The notes beneath the pieces were generated by a model. The model worked only from the letters and a program-made list of their open reading frames with translations, had not been told where the DNA came from and did no database searches. 64,000 bases of DNA from Vicugna vicugna (taxonomy: Eukaryota). How positions within the stretch are numbered: position 1 is the stretch's first letter; the number at the start of each line of letters is the position of its first letter. Made by a program: the position numbers and the translations under genes. Below are positions 29,101-44,100 of this stretch, in pieces. The stretch covers positions 1,996,419 to 2,060,418 of the forward strand of contig MU058198.1 in assembly GCA_013265495.1 (NCBI GenBank), written 5' to 3'.

Positions 29101-32100
29101 AAGCTAAGAGAAATGGAAGGTAAGGGTACTTACTCATCATTAACCTTCGGGGAGTGCGCCATTTTTATCTTCTTGTCTGAAGTTACTACTACCTAGATGT
29201 CCCGTAGGTGCACGGTGGCTGCCGTACACAAGAAGAGAAGAACAATTTGTAGGATATTGCTTTACATGTCTATCTCTTATAAACCTTCTGGTAGAATGAA
29301 GGAAGTAACACACAGGAGCCAGGCCACCAAGACTCCAATAAATGAAGAGATATGAAAGTAATCATATTTTGCATCTAGAAGAGGAATAAAAGGAAGAGGA
29401 ATTACGTGATGGAGCTACACTTACTCAGAGTTAAATCTGAACCTTCTTGAAAAGCAGGAGCATGGATCAGTATTGAGACAGTTGGGGTGAACCTCAGCCC
29501 CAGTCATGAGGAAGAGTAAGGGAAATGAAAGAAACTACAATGGGACATTGATTCAGCAGAGGTTTTGTTGGGTACTTCTAACATTGCATTGTATTTTTAA
29601 CATCTGGAAGTGCAGAGTGTCTCTGAAAGAAACATGTTAGAGAAGCTGCTTAAACTTAGCACAACACCTGCCCTTCCCATATAATATGTATGTAAATGAT
29701 ATTATCAGAAGAAACCATGAATAATTAATATGTCATTAATATTAAGTCCAAAACAGGAAATGTAAGAATTTAGAAATGGGTAGTATTTTCATTGTGTCTT
29801 CCTACTAAATATTTCGAACATGGAAGAGAGCTCATGGAAGAATCTCTGAGAAATGAATAACTAGTCGCACAGATTAATATCAACACATTAGATGTGGACT
29901 TCTGGGCCAGGGACAGTGGATCATGCATGGCACAGAAGTAAATCATGAAGTTGGGGGAGAATGTGTTTGCTCAGAATGAAATTTTCTTTGATAGGATAAT
30001 TTTAAACCGAGTATTGAAAGAGAAAAAAACAACCAGAATAAAATGTCCATAGTCCATGTAGCTCACAGAATAGGTCTCTATAGTAGGGAAAATAAGATGA
30101 CAACTACTTGTATGAAGAGTTGTCACAGGGAATGGGGTCAGACTGAACTGGAGGGTAAGAGTAGAACCAATTATCAAAGCTGGCTTAAGTTAGATGGAAG
30201 TGAAATTAAGCTAATATATAGAGATATTTAGAAGATGGGAGTTTTTAGTCCACCGTGTCTGAGGGTAATCATACATATCCTTGATAGATCCTTACTGAGA
30301 GTGAGAGTGTTTAAGAAGTGAATGGGTTTCTGGAGAAGGTCTTTTGAACCTAAAACAGTTAATTCTTCCTTGGTAGAACTACAGCACAATTAGCAACACT
30401 TCTGTACAACTCACCTAGCTATTTGATGACATCCTCTCTCAGTTCTCAGCTTCGACTTCACTAACTCCATTTTCTGTTGTCTAGTGATTTATCCCTCCTG
30501 TAATTTGAGCACTCTTTTCCATTTGATGTAGGAACCACATGTGAATAAATTAACTATAACTGTAGTCCTTAACACTTACAGAAAAGAAATTGATAATTTT
30601 TAGAAGAACAGAAGAATTTATATCAAAGAGCAACTGACAGTAGGGAGAAATTTGTTAAGGTGTATATCTCTTATTTCCATTTGTTTCACAATAAGCATTA
30701 CAGAAAAATGACCTACTAAACATTTTCCCCATGGCTAACCAGAAATCATTATGAAACAAAACAATATTAAAAAGTCATCTAATAAAAAAACCTAACAACC
30801 TGATTTTAAATGGGCAAAGGACTTGAATATACATTTCTCCATAGAAGATGTACCAATTGTCAGTAAGCACATAATTACTCATTAGGGAAATGCAAATCAA
30901 AAACACAGAAGATGACAAATATTAATGAGAATGGAGATAAATTAGAAACCTGTACATTGCTACTGGGAATGTAAAATGGTGCATCTGCTGTGAAAAACAG
31001 CATGACAGCTCCTCAAAAAGTTAATCACAGAATTACCAGGTGATCCAGCAATTCCACTTCTAGGCATATCCTCAATATAACTGAAAGCAGGAACTCCAAC
31101 AAATATTTGTACTCCAATATTCACAGCAATATTATTCACAAAATTCAAAACAACCCAAATGCCCACTGATGGATGAATGGATAGCAACATGCTGTATATC
31201 CGAACAGTGAGTATTATTCAGCCTTGAGAAGGAATGAAATTCTGATGCATCCTACGATATGGATTAACCTAGAAAGAATTATGCTAAGTGAAATAAGTCA
31301 AGCCAGGACAAATAAGGACAAAGAAAGCATGGTTCCAACTCACATAAGGCATGTGGAATAGGCAAATTATAGAGACAGAAGTAAAATGAAGTTCAGGGAA
31401 TGGAAGAATAGAGAATTATTCCTATTCCAATCGGAATAGTTTTATGATTTATAGAGATTTACTTTGGATCATAAAATAGTTCTGGAGATGGATGATGATG
31501 ATGATTACACAACTTGTGAATGTGCTTAGTGCAACTTGAATTTAAACTTAACATGAATTTAACACTTACAGTGATGGAATGGTAAATGTAAGGTTTTATA
31601 TATTTTACCACATTAAAAAATTTTTAAATGCGATTGGAAGTAAAATTTAGTATTAAATGAGAGAAAAGTAAGTGCTCACATATTTATTTCTTAATTCCAT
31701 TTAATAGAAAATAAAATAAAATGTATTTAGACTAGTGCTAGTATTTTCTTTTCTCTTCCTTCTCTCCTTCCAGGTTTGAAGTTCTGTTTAACGATCTGGA
31801 AACGAATCAAAAAGAGCTGGGCATTGCCAGCTTTGGTGCTTCAATCACTACCATGGAAGAAGTTTTCCTAAAGTGAGTAATAAATAATGACCTTAAAAAA
31901 AAAACTACTTGCACCTGTAAAATCTCACATCAGTTTGAGAGCAAACCCCACCCAGTTTGCACTGGAAGGAAGTATTCACAGTTACAGATTTTTTCAAATA
32001 TGTTAATATGTTATGCTAATATATTTCTACATATTCAGCTAAGAACGTGTAAAGATTTTGAGCTTGGGCCTTGCTGCGTGTGTCTTTTCATAGCAGAAGA

Positions 32101-35100
32101 TTTAAGAGTTAGTTAAAAAAAAAAAAGAGTATCTATCTCATTATAGGAAAAGTTTTAGTTCTAACTTGGCGTCTGTACTAGAAATGACTAAATTTTTGAC
32201 CTAAGCATGTTTCTGCCGGGGAGGAAGAAATTGTCTTCTACTCTTCTAAATTCTTCTGGTGTGTTTAAGAATTAAATTGATGTGAGACATGCTAATTTCC
32301 ACAATTTTGTGACTTTTCCAGTTTTACTTTTGTTACTGATTTCTAACTTCATCCTTTTGAGGTCAGAGAAGATAATTTGCATTATATCCATACTTTTAAA
32401 TCTACTGAGACCTAATTTGTGGCCTAGCATATGGTCTATCATGAAAAATGACATATGTGCACTTTAGAAGAATGTGCATGCTATTATTGGGTAGAATATT
32501 CTGTATATATCTGTTAGCTCTCGTTTGCTGTTGAGTTGTTAACATCTTCTATTTCCTTCCTTATTTTCTGTCTGGTTGTTCTGTTCATTATTGTGAGCAG
32601 GGTATTGAAGTATCCAACTATTGTTATAGAACCATCTATTTCTCCTTTATATTCTGTTTTTGCTTTGTCTATTTTCATGGTATATAATTAGACATGTGAA
32701 TATTCATAATTGTTACGTCTTCTTGCTATACTGAAACTTTTATTTATATATTGTATCCTTCTTTGTCTCTTGGAACATTTTTCATTTTAAAGTCTGTTTT
32801 GCCTCATAATAGTATAGCCGTCTCTGCTCCCTTTTGGTCATTATTTGCACAGAATATCTTTTTTTCCATTCTTCCACTTTCAACCTTCTTTTGTCCTTAG
32901 ATCTCTAGTGAGACTCTTGTAGACAGCATCTAGTTGGATAATGTGTTTTCACCCATTCTGCCAATCTCTGTCTTTTGATTAGAGAATTAAAACAATTTAC
33001 ATTTAAAGTAATTACTGATAAGGAGGTACCTACTTGTCATTGTGCTATTTGTTTTCTATATGCACCATAGCATTTTTTGTCCCTCGCTTTCTGCATTTGT
33101 CTTCTTTTGTGTTTAGTTGATTTTTTGTAGTAAAATATTTAAGTTGCATCCTAAATTCTTTTGTGTATATTCTGTGGTGATATTTTTTGTGTTTACCATG
33201 GGGATTATACATAGCATCCTAAACTTAAAACATTCCAGTTTGAATTTACACCAGTTTAACTCAAATAACATATAAAAATGGCTCCTTTATAGCTCTGGCC
33301 CACTCTTTAGGTTTTTGATGTCACAAAATTATATCTACATGCTGTGTGCTCAAAATGGTGAACTGACAATTCTTTTAAATTAGTTGATCTCCTAAATTAT
33401 GTGGTGAAAATGTAGATTGGTACAGCCACGAATGGAAAACAGTATGGAGAATGATCAAAAAACTAAAAATAGACTTACCATATGATCCAGCATTCCCACT
33501 CCTGGGTATATATCTCTAAGTCAAAACAATACATGCACCCCAGTGTTCATAGCAGCACTATTTACAATAGGCATACATGGAAACAATGTAAATGTCCATC
33601 AACAGATGATAAAGAAGTTGCTGTATATTTATACAATTGAATACTACTCAGTCATAAAAAAAAGAATAAAATAATGCCATTTGCAGCAGCATGAATGGAC
33701 CTAGAGATCATCATTCTAAGTGAAGTAAGCCAAGAAGAGAAAGAAAAAAACCATATGATATCACTCGTATGTGGAATCTAAAAAAAAAAAAAAAAAAGAC
33801 ACTATGAACTCATCTACAGAACAGAAACAGACTTGCAGACTTAGTAAACAGTTTTATGGTTACCGGAGAAAGAGGGTGAGAAGGGATAAATTTGGAAGTT
33901 TAAGATTTACAAATGTTAGCCACTATATATAAAAATAGATTTTTAAAATGTTTCTTCTGTATAGCACAGGGAACGATATTCAATATCTTGTAATAACCTT
34001 TTATGAAAAAAAATAGGTATATGTATATGCATGACTGGGACATTGTGCTGTACACAAGAAATTGACACACTGTAACTGACTGTACTTCAATAAATAAATA
34101 AATAAATAATAAATAAATAAAATTTTAAAAAGAAGACAGATCTCATGCATTTGAAAACTGCCAACACAACAGGCAATTGTTTTGAATATCCATATTGAAA
34201 TCCATTAATATAAATGCTTTCAGTTTTTATAGCAGAAAATATATGCACAGTGGAATTTGATTCAGCCTTAAAAAAGAAGAAAATCGTGCCATTTGTGACA
34301 ACATGAATGAAACGAGGACATTATGCTAAGTGAAATAGGCCAGACACAAACTGGAGAATAAATATATTGTAGAGGTTCTCCCATGGTCGTGAGAGTTCTG
34401 AGTCCCACATCAGGCTCCCCAGGGTAGAGGAATAATATCTCATCAGGGTTATCTCTAGGTATTAGTTTGTGGGTTGCACACTCAAGGAGTGTGGGAACTG
34501 ATTATATCATGAGTCCACCCCTCCTACTGGTTTTGTCATGGTTTCATCTGTAAGTTTTTAGTTACAGAAGATCCTTTCAGGTAGTTTCCTGTCTTTTTTA
34601 TCACTAGCTGTTCTACAGTGATCTTGGTGTGTCTGAGCTCCATCAGCTCCATCTGAGAGGCGGTGAGCTCCATCTGCCTCTACGCTGCCATCTTGAAAGG
34701 AAATCTCAATGATTGTATTTTAAAAGCACAATAGTCCTCCAGACTTTAGGATCAATTTTAAAATACGTTGGAGGGGTATTTGAAAGCAGGATTTTTAATA
34801 GTATTTGATATACGGTTTTTAAAGGGTAAGGGTTATTGATCTACTTGTGAAAATCATAGGTCAGAATTTATCACTATTGTATTCCATAAAAGTGCTAACA
34901 GGAAGGTATTAAAAAGATTTCTGTGGCTTAGAAAAAAAATACACCTTTTAAATCATATTTTTTCTACCCAGTGTTTTACCCCTCTTACTAGTGTAAATTC
35001 ATCTTTCCTATCTCTTAATATACTATTATATATATTTTTCTTCTGTTATTCTCTTAGCATTTTTTTCCTTAGACTGTAATTAGTTGTATATATCTCTTTA

Positions 35101-38100
35101 TCCTTCTTAAGTATCCACACCAAAAGACCCAACTTCAGACACAGGCACTAATGAGAAATGTGAGGACTTAAAAATCTTAGTATCCAATGTCCCTATCATT
35201 TCATAACATAAAGAACTCCCATTTAACTCCCAAATGAAAGTTATTATCTTTGATTAAAGGTAAGTCTTTTCATTTGAATGAGTTCAGTTTAGTGGAATAT
35301 ACAATATATTCTAACTGTTTTTTTCATGTTACTTCAGAATGGTAGGAACTTTGCCACAGATTGGCAGTTCCTCTGACTGGGTTATTGAGAGCCATGTTCT
35401 CATCTCATCTCCATACAATACACCTGACAATCAGTGGGAAAGATCAAAGAACTTTCCAAATTGGGAACCTTGTTTGACATTCCCCAAATAAAATCAATTG
35501 AGGCTACAGTCAAAATGTTTTGTGCTTTCTTTGTGTACACGTCTGTATGTAGGGTCAGTAGGCTGGCAGATTCCCAGATGAATGTTCGGCCTACCCAGTC
35601 TACTCCTCTGAAGAGCAAAAAAATAAGACAAGACATGAAGCAGAATAAGAATGTGTCCAGAAATTGCAACAGACCAGTTTTTTCCAGATTGAATGAAATT
35701 GCTAACATTAAATTTAATACTGGGGTAAGCATACTCCCTAAGAATGTAAACTCAGTATGTTTGGTTTGGGTATAACATGTACACATTCTTAACTAACTGA
35801 ATTTGAAAGATGTTTAGAGTTTGGCCATAGAAGAGCCAGGCAGATATGGAACAGTCTGTAGTTCAACCCCATTAATTTCCTGATGCAGGAGACATAGGTT
35901 CTAGATAAAGATCACAGCTATGCTACCCTCATCTTTGTTATTTCTCAGAATCACTTTGAAAAGTTCTCATTCATTTTTCATATATTTTCCCTTTGTTCAG
36001 TTCTAAGACAAGACCCTAGAATTATGATTTTTAGAAGATATTTGTTAATCAGATTAGGGGCATTTTCTCAATATGAACCATACTTAGTATACTAAAACCT
36101 AGAAAAAGATAATAGTTATATACAAGTTTTATGGGGATATTTCCCTTAAACTGGAGAAATGGGAAGGTTATAGTTTAATATTTAATTTTTAATATTAATT
36201 TAATAATTTTTTTGAAATTTACTTTGTTTTCTGATCAGAAATACTACAAGTATATTAATGAATAAAATTATCTCAATAAGATTTTCAGTGTAGTTAGGTA
36301 AGAAACCAGATCTTAATCTTTTCCCTTAGTATCTTACAAAATAAAAATTTTCATACCATCTTGTTTTCTTGGGTTAAAGTCAAGGATATATTTATATAAG
36401 ATGCATATATCTTCTACTATAAAAACTTGAAGAATTGGATTTCAGTATGAACATCATCCTTGGATCACCAGCAATTCTAATGCTATGTTCCTTTCCTCAT
36501 TTTAGTTTCTACTATACTGCCAGCAATTTCATTCCATGTTTATGAAGAGAGCACTGTTCACTTGGCGCAATTGGAAGTTGTCATTGCTACAGATATCAGT
36601 AATTTTGTTTGTCACTACTTACCTCTTCTCAAGTTTAAACTTAGATTCTGAGCCACCTGCCAGAGAAATGGACTTGAGTCAATATGGTCGAACAATTGTG
36701 CCTTACTCAATTTCTGGGAATTCTGATCTTGCTCTGAACATCGTAAAGAACCTTGAGATTTTTCTAAAGCTTAAAAATCAAGAACTTCGTAAAGTACAAG
36801 GTAAAATCCTTAGGGAAAAAAAGACTGCTGCTATTTGAAGAACTATGTGTATCACTTGCAAAGAAGGAACTTAACTATGCTTTTTAGCTACCCCTTTCTT
36901 TCTTTTCCTACTATTTGCCAGAATCTTAGGGGCAGCTATTAGAGGCCAAAAATGTACATGTCAAGACACCTGGCCACAGAAGTTAATAATTAATGGAAGC
37001 ATTTTGGCTGTAGGTGTCCTTCAGCTAATTGCATCACTTTTCAGAGGACAGGTAGAAAGCCAAAATACTATATTGTTGTGAAATTTAGCATAGATTTTTA
37101 TTCTGACCAGAATACAAAATTTTTTTCTAAGCTCTCACGCAGTGAAATGTTTCCAAGATCTGAAGGTTGCCCTTCAGTCTACTACATTGGCCATTCTAAA
37201 AGCAAGTGGCTGAAGACCCAATAGATTGACTCCTCACAACTACTTTTTTGAAGGTAGTATAAGTAGCTGTACTCATTTGTTCAATGTTTACTTTTGGTAA
37301 AAAACCATACTATACGCCTTGTGTCCATTATCTTCATGCTAAAAACAACCCTTTTGTGTAGCTTATTTCTAATCTTTTGCTGTGTAACAAGTTATGCCAA
37401 CAGCTAGTGGATAGAAAATTTTGAATTCTTGGTATAGTAGAATGAATCCATTCTCCCACAAAAGCAACAGAAATATTTGGAAAACAATTTTTTTTAAGTC
37501 GACCAATTTAGAATACTAGAAATTAAGCAAAAGCACAGAACAAACTAAAAGTGTCTATTCCAAAAAACAAAACAACAACCAGAAAAAAAAAAACTACTGA
37601 ACCTCTATAAAAAATCAATAAGGTCTATGGCATTTTGATTTAGAATTACTCCTGTCACTCACCCTCCCCTCAGTGGTATGGTATCCATGAAAGCCAGGAG
37701 CCTCACAGTTGATGGAAAGAACTAATCTCTTCAGAGCTCTGTTAAAAGCTCTTCCCTAGGGCATTGCCAATACTTAGACTGAAATAGCAGCTCCCTGAAA
37801 AACTCCATCCCCAGGGCATTGTTGCTATTGGATTTAAATCAGGGCTCAACTCTTTGGAAAAAGCCCTGACCCCAGGGGATTATTAAAAATAGCAGCTATC
37901 TGCTGGTAACATCTCCATAGTTGGCTAAGGCTGTGATTTCAGTTGGGCCAAATGAGAGCTTAGCCAAAAAGTCATTTTAAAGGACTACCAGGAGAGCTGG
38001 ATAACCACCGTGAACTTTGAAAAGTTCTGACATTCCTACAGATCTAGAAAGCTCAAAATGGTGGTGTGCATGGCCAGAAATGACCTAGGAAAGGAGAAGG

Positions 38101-41100
38101 CACCGGTCACTGACTTCTAGTTGATGTTGAGGCCTATACAAGCAAGATATGAAAGTTGAGGCTTACTTGTAAACTGTCTGAAATTTGAATATGTTCCCTC
38201 ATGCAGGGAACCCCATGGCAAAGAGTGGAAGACTTACTGGTTCTAGATATTTAAATGAGTCTTTTAGCTGAGTACTAAATTATACTGATTCAGAACAGAC
38301 CACCTAGGAGCCAGGCTTAAAAATAAAAGCCAGAATTTTTTAAGTCCATCAGAGAAATAAGTGGCTGCACACTGTAGAAAATACAGAATCTACAGAATTA
38401 GTCCACTTAAGTCATTAACCAAATAAGCACCGACAATTAAAAAAAGAACAGTAACAACAAAGGGTAGAGAGGGGAGTTCAAGATACCAGAGTTGTTACAC
38501 TATCTTTTATGTCCATTTTTCATCAACAACAGAAAGAGAAGAGAAAGAGTTACGGGCTGAATTGTGTACCTCCAAAATTAATATGCTGAAGTACGAGGCC
38601 ACAGTTTCTTGGAATGGGACTGTATTTGGATATTAGATCATTAAAGAAGTAATTAATTTGAAATGAGCTCATTAGAGTGGAACTTCATCCAATATGGTTG
38701 GTGTCCTCATAAGAAGATGAAATTAGGACACATATGCGTACACATAGGAAAAACCATGTGCAGACACAGAGGGCAAGAAAGTCATTTATCAGCCTAGGAG
38801 AGAGGCCTCAGAAGAAACCAACCCTGCTAAAACCTTGATCTTGGACTTCTAGTCTCTAGAATTGTGAGAAAATTAATTTCTGCCGTTTAAGTAACCCAGC
38901 CTGTGGTGCTTTGTTTTGACAGTCCTAGAAAACTAAAACAGAAAAAAAAAAAAATGGAAGAGTATGACCCATAAACAGGGTTAAAGAAAGCCAGTAAAAA
39001 CTGTACTTGAGGGAGGCCAGATGTTAAACGTAGTAGACAAAGACTATAAAACAGCTAATACAAATATTTTCAAAGTACTAAAGGAAATACGTTTAAAGAA
39101 TAAAGGAAAGTATGGTAACTTCATCTCTCCAAGAAGAGAGTATTAATAAAGAAATATAAATAAAAATTTTAATGGAAATTCAGTAGTTGAAAAATATAAC
39201 TGAAATGAAGATTTACCAGACAGGCTCAGTGATGGATTTGAATTGGCAGAATAATGGATTAGCTAAATTGAGGGTTGCCAGAGATTATTTAGTTTGTGGA
39301 ACAGAAAAAAAGAAAAGTGGGGAAAAACAATTTCTGAGATATTTGGGACAACATTAGGCAGACCATATATGCATAATGGAGTTAACAGAAAGCATAGTAT
39401 AGAACCTGATCAAGCAGCAGAAAAATATTTGAAGAAATAATGCCAGAAGATTTCCAAAATTTGATGGGAAACATTAATATTCACCTCCAAGAAGCTCAAT
39501 GAATTCTAAGTATGGTAAACTCAAAAATATTTTTATTTATTTTGCATGGCAAAGGAAACCATAAGCAAAACAAAAAAACAACCTATGGAATGGGAGAAGA
39601 TATTTGCAAAAGATGAAACTGACAAGGGATTAATTTCCAGAATATATAAACAGCTCATACAACTTAATAAGAAAAAAACAAACAACCCAATCCAAAAATG
39701 GTCAGAAAACCAAAACAAGCAATCCTCCAATGAAGACATACAAATGGCCAATAGGCATGTGAAAAAATGCTCATATTGCTAATTATCAGAAAATGAAAAT
39801 CAAAACCACAATGAGGTATGGCCATCACTAAAAAGTTCACAAACAATAAATGTTGGAGAGGGTGTGGAGAAAAAGGAACCCTCCTACACTTTTGGTGGGA
39901 ATGTAGTTTAGTGAAGCCATTATGGAAAACAGTATGGAAGTTCATTAAAAACTTAAAAATAGACTTTCCTTATGATCCAGCAGTCCCACTCCTGGGCATA
40001 TATCCAGAAGGAACTTTCATTCAAAAAGATACATGCACGCCAAATGTTCATAGCAGCATTATTTACAATAGCCAAGACATGGAAACAACCTTAATGTCCA
40101 TCCACAGATGAATGGCTAAAGAAGTTTTGGTATATTTATACAATGGAATACTACTCGGCCATAAAAAAGAATAAAATAATGCCATTTGCAGCAACATGGA
40201 TGGAACTGGAGATTGTCATTCTAAGTGAAGTAAGCCAGAAAGAGAAACAAAAGTACCATATGATATGACTCATATGTGAAATCTTAAAAAAAAAAGGCAA
40301 ACTTATTTACAAAACAGCTACAACAAAGGAACTTAATTGGTCCACTATAAAATATATATATATTTAACACAAAAAAAGCAGTTCAGGGAAACAGTGGAAC
40401 AAAAAGGAGGTAAGACATTTAGAAAACAAAAAGCAAAATGTCAGATATAAATCCTAGCATATCAGTAATTACTTTAAGTATGAATGAAGAAAACAATGAA
40501 ATCAAAAGGCAAAGGTTTTTCAGCTTGGAATATTTAAAATCTAACTCCCATGAAATGGTTCCTGGGTGGGGAGTAGGGGTAGCAGGGGAGGAGGGGAGGG
40601 GGAGGATGCAGATTACCAAAACTCACAACAGCATCAAAAAGAATAAAATACTTAGGAATAAATTTAAGAAAAGAAGCACAAGACTTGTTCACTGAAAATT
40701 ATAAAATATTACTCAGGAAAATTAAAGTTCTAGATGCATAAAGAGATACTCTGTCACAGATTGGAATATTAATATTGTTAGGGTAGCAAATCTCCCCAAA
40801 CTGATCTATAGATTCAATGCAATCTCTATCAAAATTCCAGCAGACTTTTACAAAAATGGACAAGCCAGTCCTACAATGTTCATGGAAATCCAAATGACCT
40901 AGAAGAACCAAAACAATTTTGAAAAAAATAATGTTTGTTTTAGACAAGAATAAAGTAAGAAATGCATAGTAATTTACTATTTTTTCAAGTTGTAGACTAT
41001 ATGATGAGAGTATTGTAGACATTATTGATGAGGTGTTTGAGGGGAAAGGTTAACACTTGAAGTTCCCATTGTGGGACCTGGAAAGGGAAGAGATTAACAG

Positions 41101-44100
41101 GAAAATGATTTTTGGTCTTTCTTCTCCATCATAAGTAGTAGGTGATTTATTATATGTTAATTCATTGGCCAATCTCTTTATCCTAGGTAATGTAAAGAAT
41201 TACATATTGGAAAATAAAGAGTGTCATGACTTCTCCATTATTGCATTTTCCATTGAGGTTGTGAAAAACAAAACAGTATTTACTCTTTTGTTCAATAATG
41301 AGGCATACCATTCAGCTGCAACATCCCTGGCGGTGTTAGACAACAGTCTTTTTATGTCACTTTCTGGCCCCAATGCTTCCATTAAAGCCTCCAACAAGCC
41401 TCAACCTCTCTCGCTTTATGGTTCTAACAAACTGTACGTATGATTTATCTTTTACTGGAATTGAGCCTTAATATACACCCTTACTATCTGGCCATATACT
41501 TTTGAAAATACCTACTGAAATCAACTGAATTCTACATTTATTTCATATTTTATTTTATCTTTTATTTCATCTTCTTTAGGCCTACAAGTGGATTAGAAAT
41601 AGTATTATGTTTGGCTTTTGGCATGGCTCTTGTGGCCGGTAGCTTTTGCCTTCAGACAGTGACTGAGAGAACTAACAAGGCAAAGCACATCCAGTTTGTG
41701 AGTGGAGTCTATTTACTTACTTACTGGCTCTCTGCTTTGCTGTGGGATCTCATCTACTTCTTTGTTACCTGCTGCTTACTACTGGTGAGTGTTGGCTGAA
41801 ACTGCATGAAGGCTCATTCTCCTGTGTCACCCACAGGAAATTCCTATTCAACCAACTCTGTCCTAAAATAAAGCTTATTATGCGAGAAAATATATTGTGA
41901 AAACCTCATTATGGAAATGTATTCCTTCGTGTTCTTTCTTTTGGAGAAAATATTTTACTTTGAAGAGTCTCTCTTGAATTGGTTCCCCGTGTAATTGCTC
42001 AGCATTATGCCCAGGCCCAAAACCTACTCTAAAGGAACAAGGGCCATTACTTGTTACTGGGCCCTCACTAACCATATAGATAAGCCACTGCCACTAATTT
42101 CCAATGCTGAGCTCTCCGGTAAAACTGGACTGTAGCACGCAATTTAGGATCAAGACTTGAGCGATGCTTCCTGTTACTATTCTCTGCCCCGAATTCACAC
42201 CCCAAATCCAAGATGGCTAGGTCTGCAAAGCAGAAGTAACCTGGACTCAGGCACCCAACTTCAAATATTGAGGAAATGGAATAAAGAGCAAGCATGTAAG
42301 GGTGCTATAGCGTCTTTTAATGTAATGATCTGGCCCTTAGTGAACTTGGGAGCTTCTTTTATTTTGTGTGATACTGGAGGGTTAGGCAGGTGTGAAACTG
42401 TATAGTTACTAAAGGGGGAAACACATGAGCAAAGGAGGTAAGGTTTCTTTGTGTACAGGAGGTACCGGGGGCTTACATATGAATAGGACAATGTCTCGGG
42501 CCTCAGATAGTTCACTGTTTAGCAATGGACACAGAAACGAAAACAGATCCTTATAAAATAGGTGCTAATTTCTACTATGAAGAATGAACTACCAGTTCCC
42601 AATTCAAACCATACCATGGAATGGTAAAATTAGTTGTTAAAGGAAAAAGGAGAAACTTTTGGCAGTTTGGCTTCTACAGGCATAGGAAGACTGGTGATTA
42701 TTGTACAGGAGCCTAGGATTGGTTCTGAAGGAAAGGCTGGATCCCACCAGCTACAAGAACTGCTCAGCAGGGACCAGAGGCTGGATCAGTTGGGGCAGGC
42801 ATGGTGGTGGTGGGCATACTCGTTGTATACAGACGCCCCAACGTCAAGAGAACGAGCAGCTCTTCCTTCACCTTGCCACAGTGCATGACTCTGGCTGGTG
42901 TTCTCAGTACCCGTCCCTTCTGCTCCCAGCTCACCAACCAACCAGCATAACAAGGGAAGAACTCCATCCTTTGTGAGGGCCACAATTCTCATCTTTTGCC
43001 ACAGAAACTGGGAAATGCTTTTAATAGTTCTAGAGGTTATCTTCTTCCTCATCTAGCCCATTCTAAATTTATGCTTCCCTGTCTGATTCTCAAATGGAAT
43101 AATAAATAATTTAATAATGAGGCCCCTGAGTTGCTGAGATAGATATAAAGGGAGTGGGGGTAGAGAGCAGACCAGGTGGTAGTCTAGATGTGAGCAGTGA
43201 TGCAGGGGAGCTTACGTAACACTACAGCAGCCACAGAAAAAATCTTTAGAGAAATAGTCTACTTGCTAGGTCATTTTTTTCTGGAAAAATTCAGAGTGGG
43301 GCTTAATGCAGATGTAATTGCTTTGATTTTAATCGTTGCAGGGTGGAGGGAGTAAAATAAAAAGCAATGCTGTTCTAAACAGATTTAAAAAAAAAAGGGA
43401 AGTATAGTCATTCTGTTCACGAAAGTCCTGTATTGAGAAAGAGGTAGCTGACTTCAAGCTCATTTGTAATGGGCAAAATGACTTAAGTAATGAAGAGCGC
43501 TGTGCTCCAGGGAAGGCAGTGCTCGCTGTTCTCTGAGTGTTCTGGCTTGACTTCTTGTTACTCCATGTCCTTCACCTCGCTCCTCTGCACTCTGTGTCCC
43601 AGGGAGTGTTCGTGTACTGCGGAGTGGATGCTCTTGTTGCAGATTACCACTTTCTGGACACCATGATGATCTTCATGCTGTACGGCTGGTCTGTCGTTCC
43701 TCTCATGTATCTCGGAAGCCTCCTGTTTTCTAGCAGTGCTGCAGCCTACATCAAGCTCACCCTCTTTAACTACTTTTCAGCTGTTTTCAGTATCATCATT
43801 CATGCCGTAATTCAATACTATAGTAAGAACTTCACACAGTTTTCCCTTTTTCCAGGAAATATGTTACATAAATGGGGATGAAAGACCTTGAGGAGAAAAA
43901 TGTTAATTGCAAAGCACCTTCCTTCTGGGAACCTGAAAACCTGTGATTTTTGAAAGCCGGCAAATATTTATTGAGTGGATTTGTGAGTCAGAGAGGTTGA
44001 GGAAGAGAGGGAAGGAAAGAGGAAATGGGGAAAAGAAAGTGATAAGGAAGCTAAACCCTCTGAAGGAGCTGGACTCAGTATCATTCTAGCCTCATGAAAG

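Noticed and set aside
29340..30330. Possible CR1/L3 and L2 remnants
   Set aside because: Similarity is too faint to call or delimit by eye.
32291..34125. Twin-priming inverted L1
   Set aside because: The antisense part looks older and from a different family than the sense 3' part, and I found no shared TSD.
42634..43052. Overlapping short ORFs as a nested gene
   Set aside because: No recognisable domain or splice structure. Higher GC explains the lack of stops.
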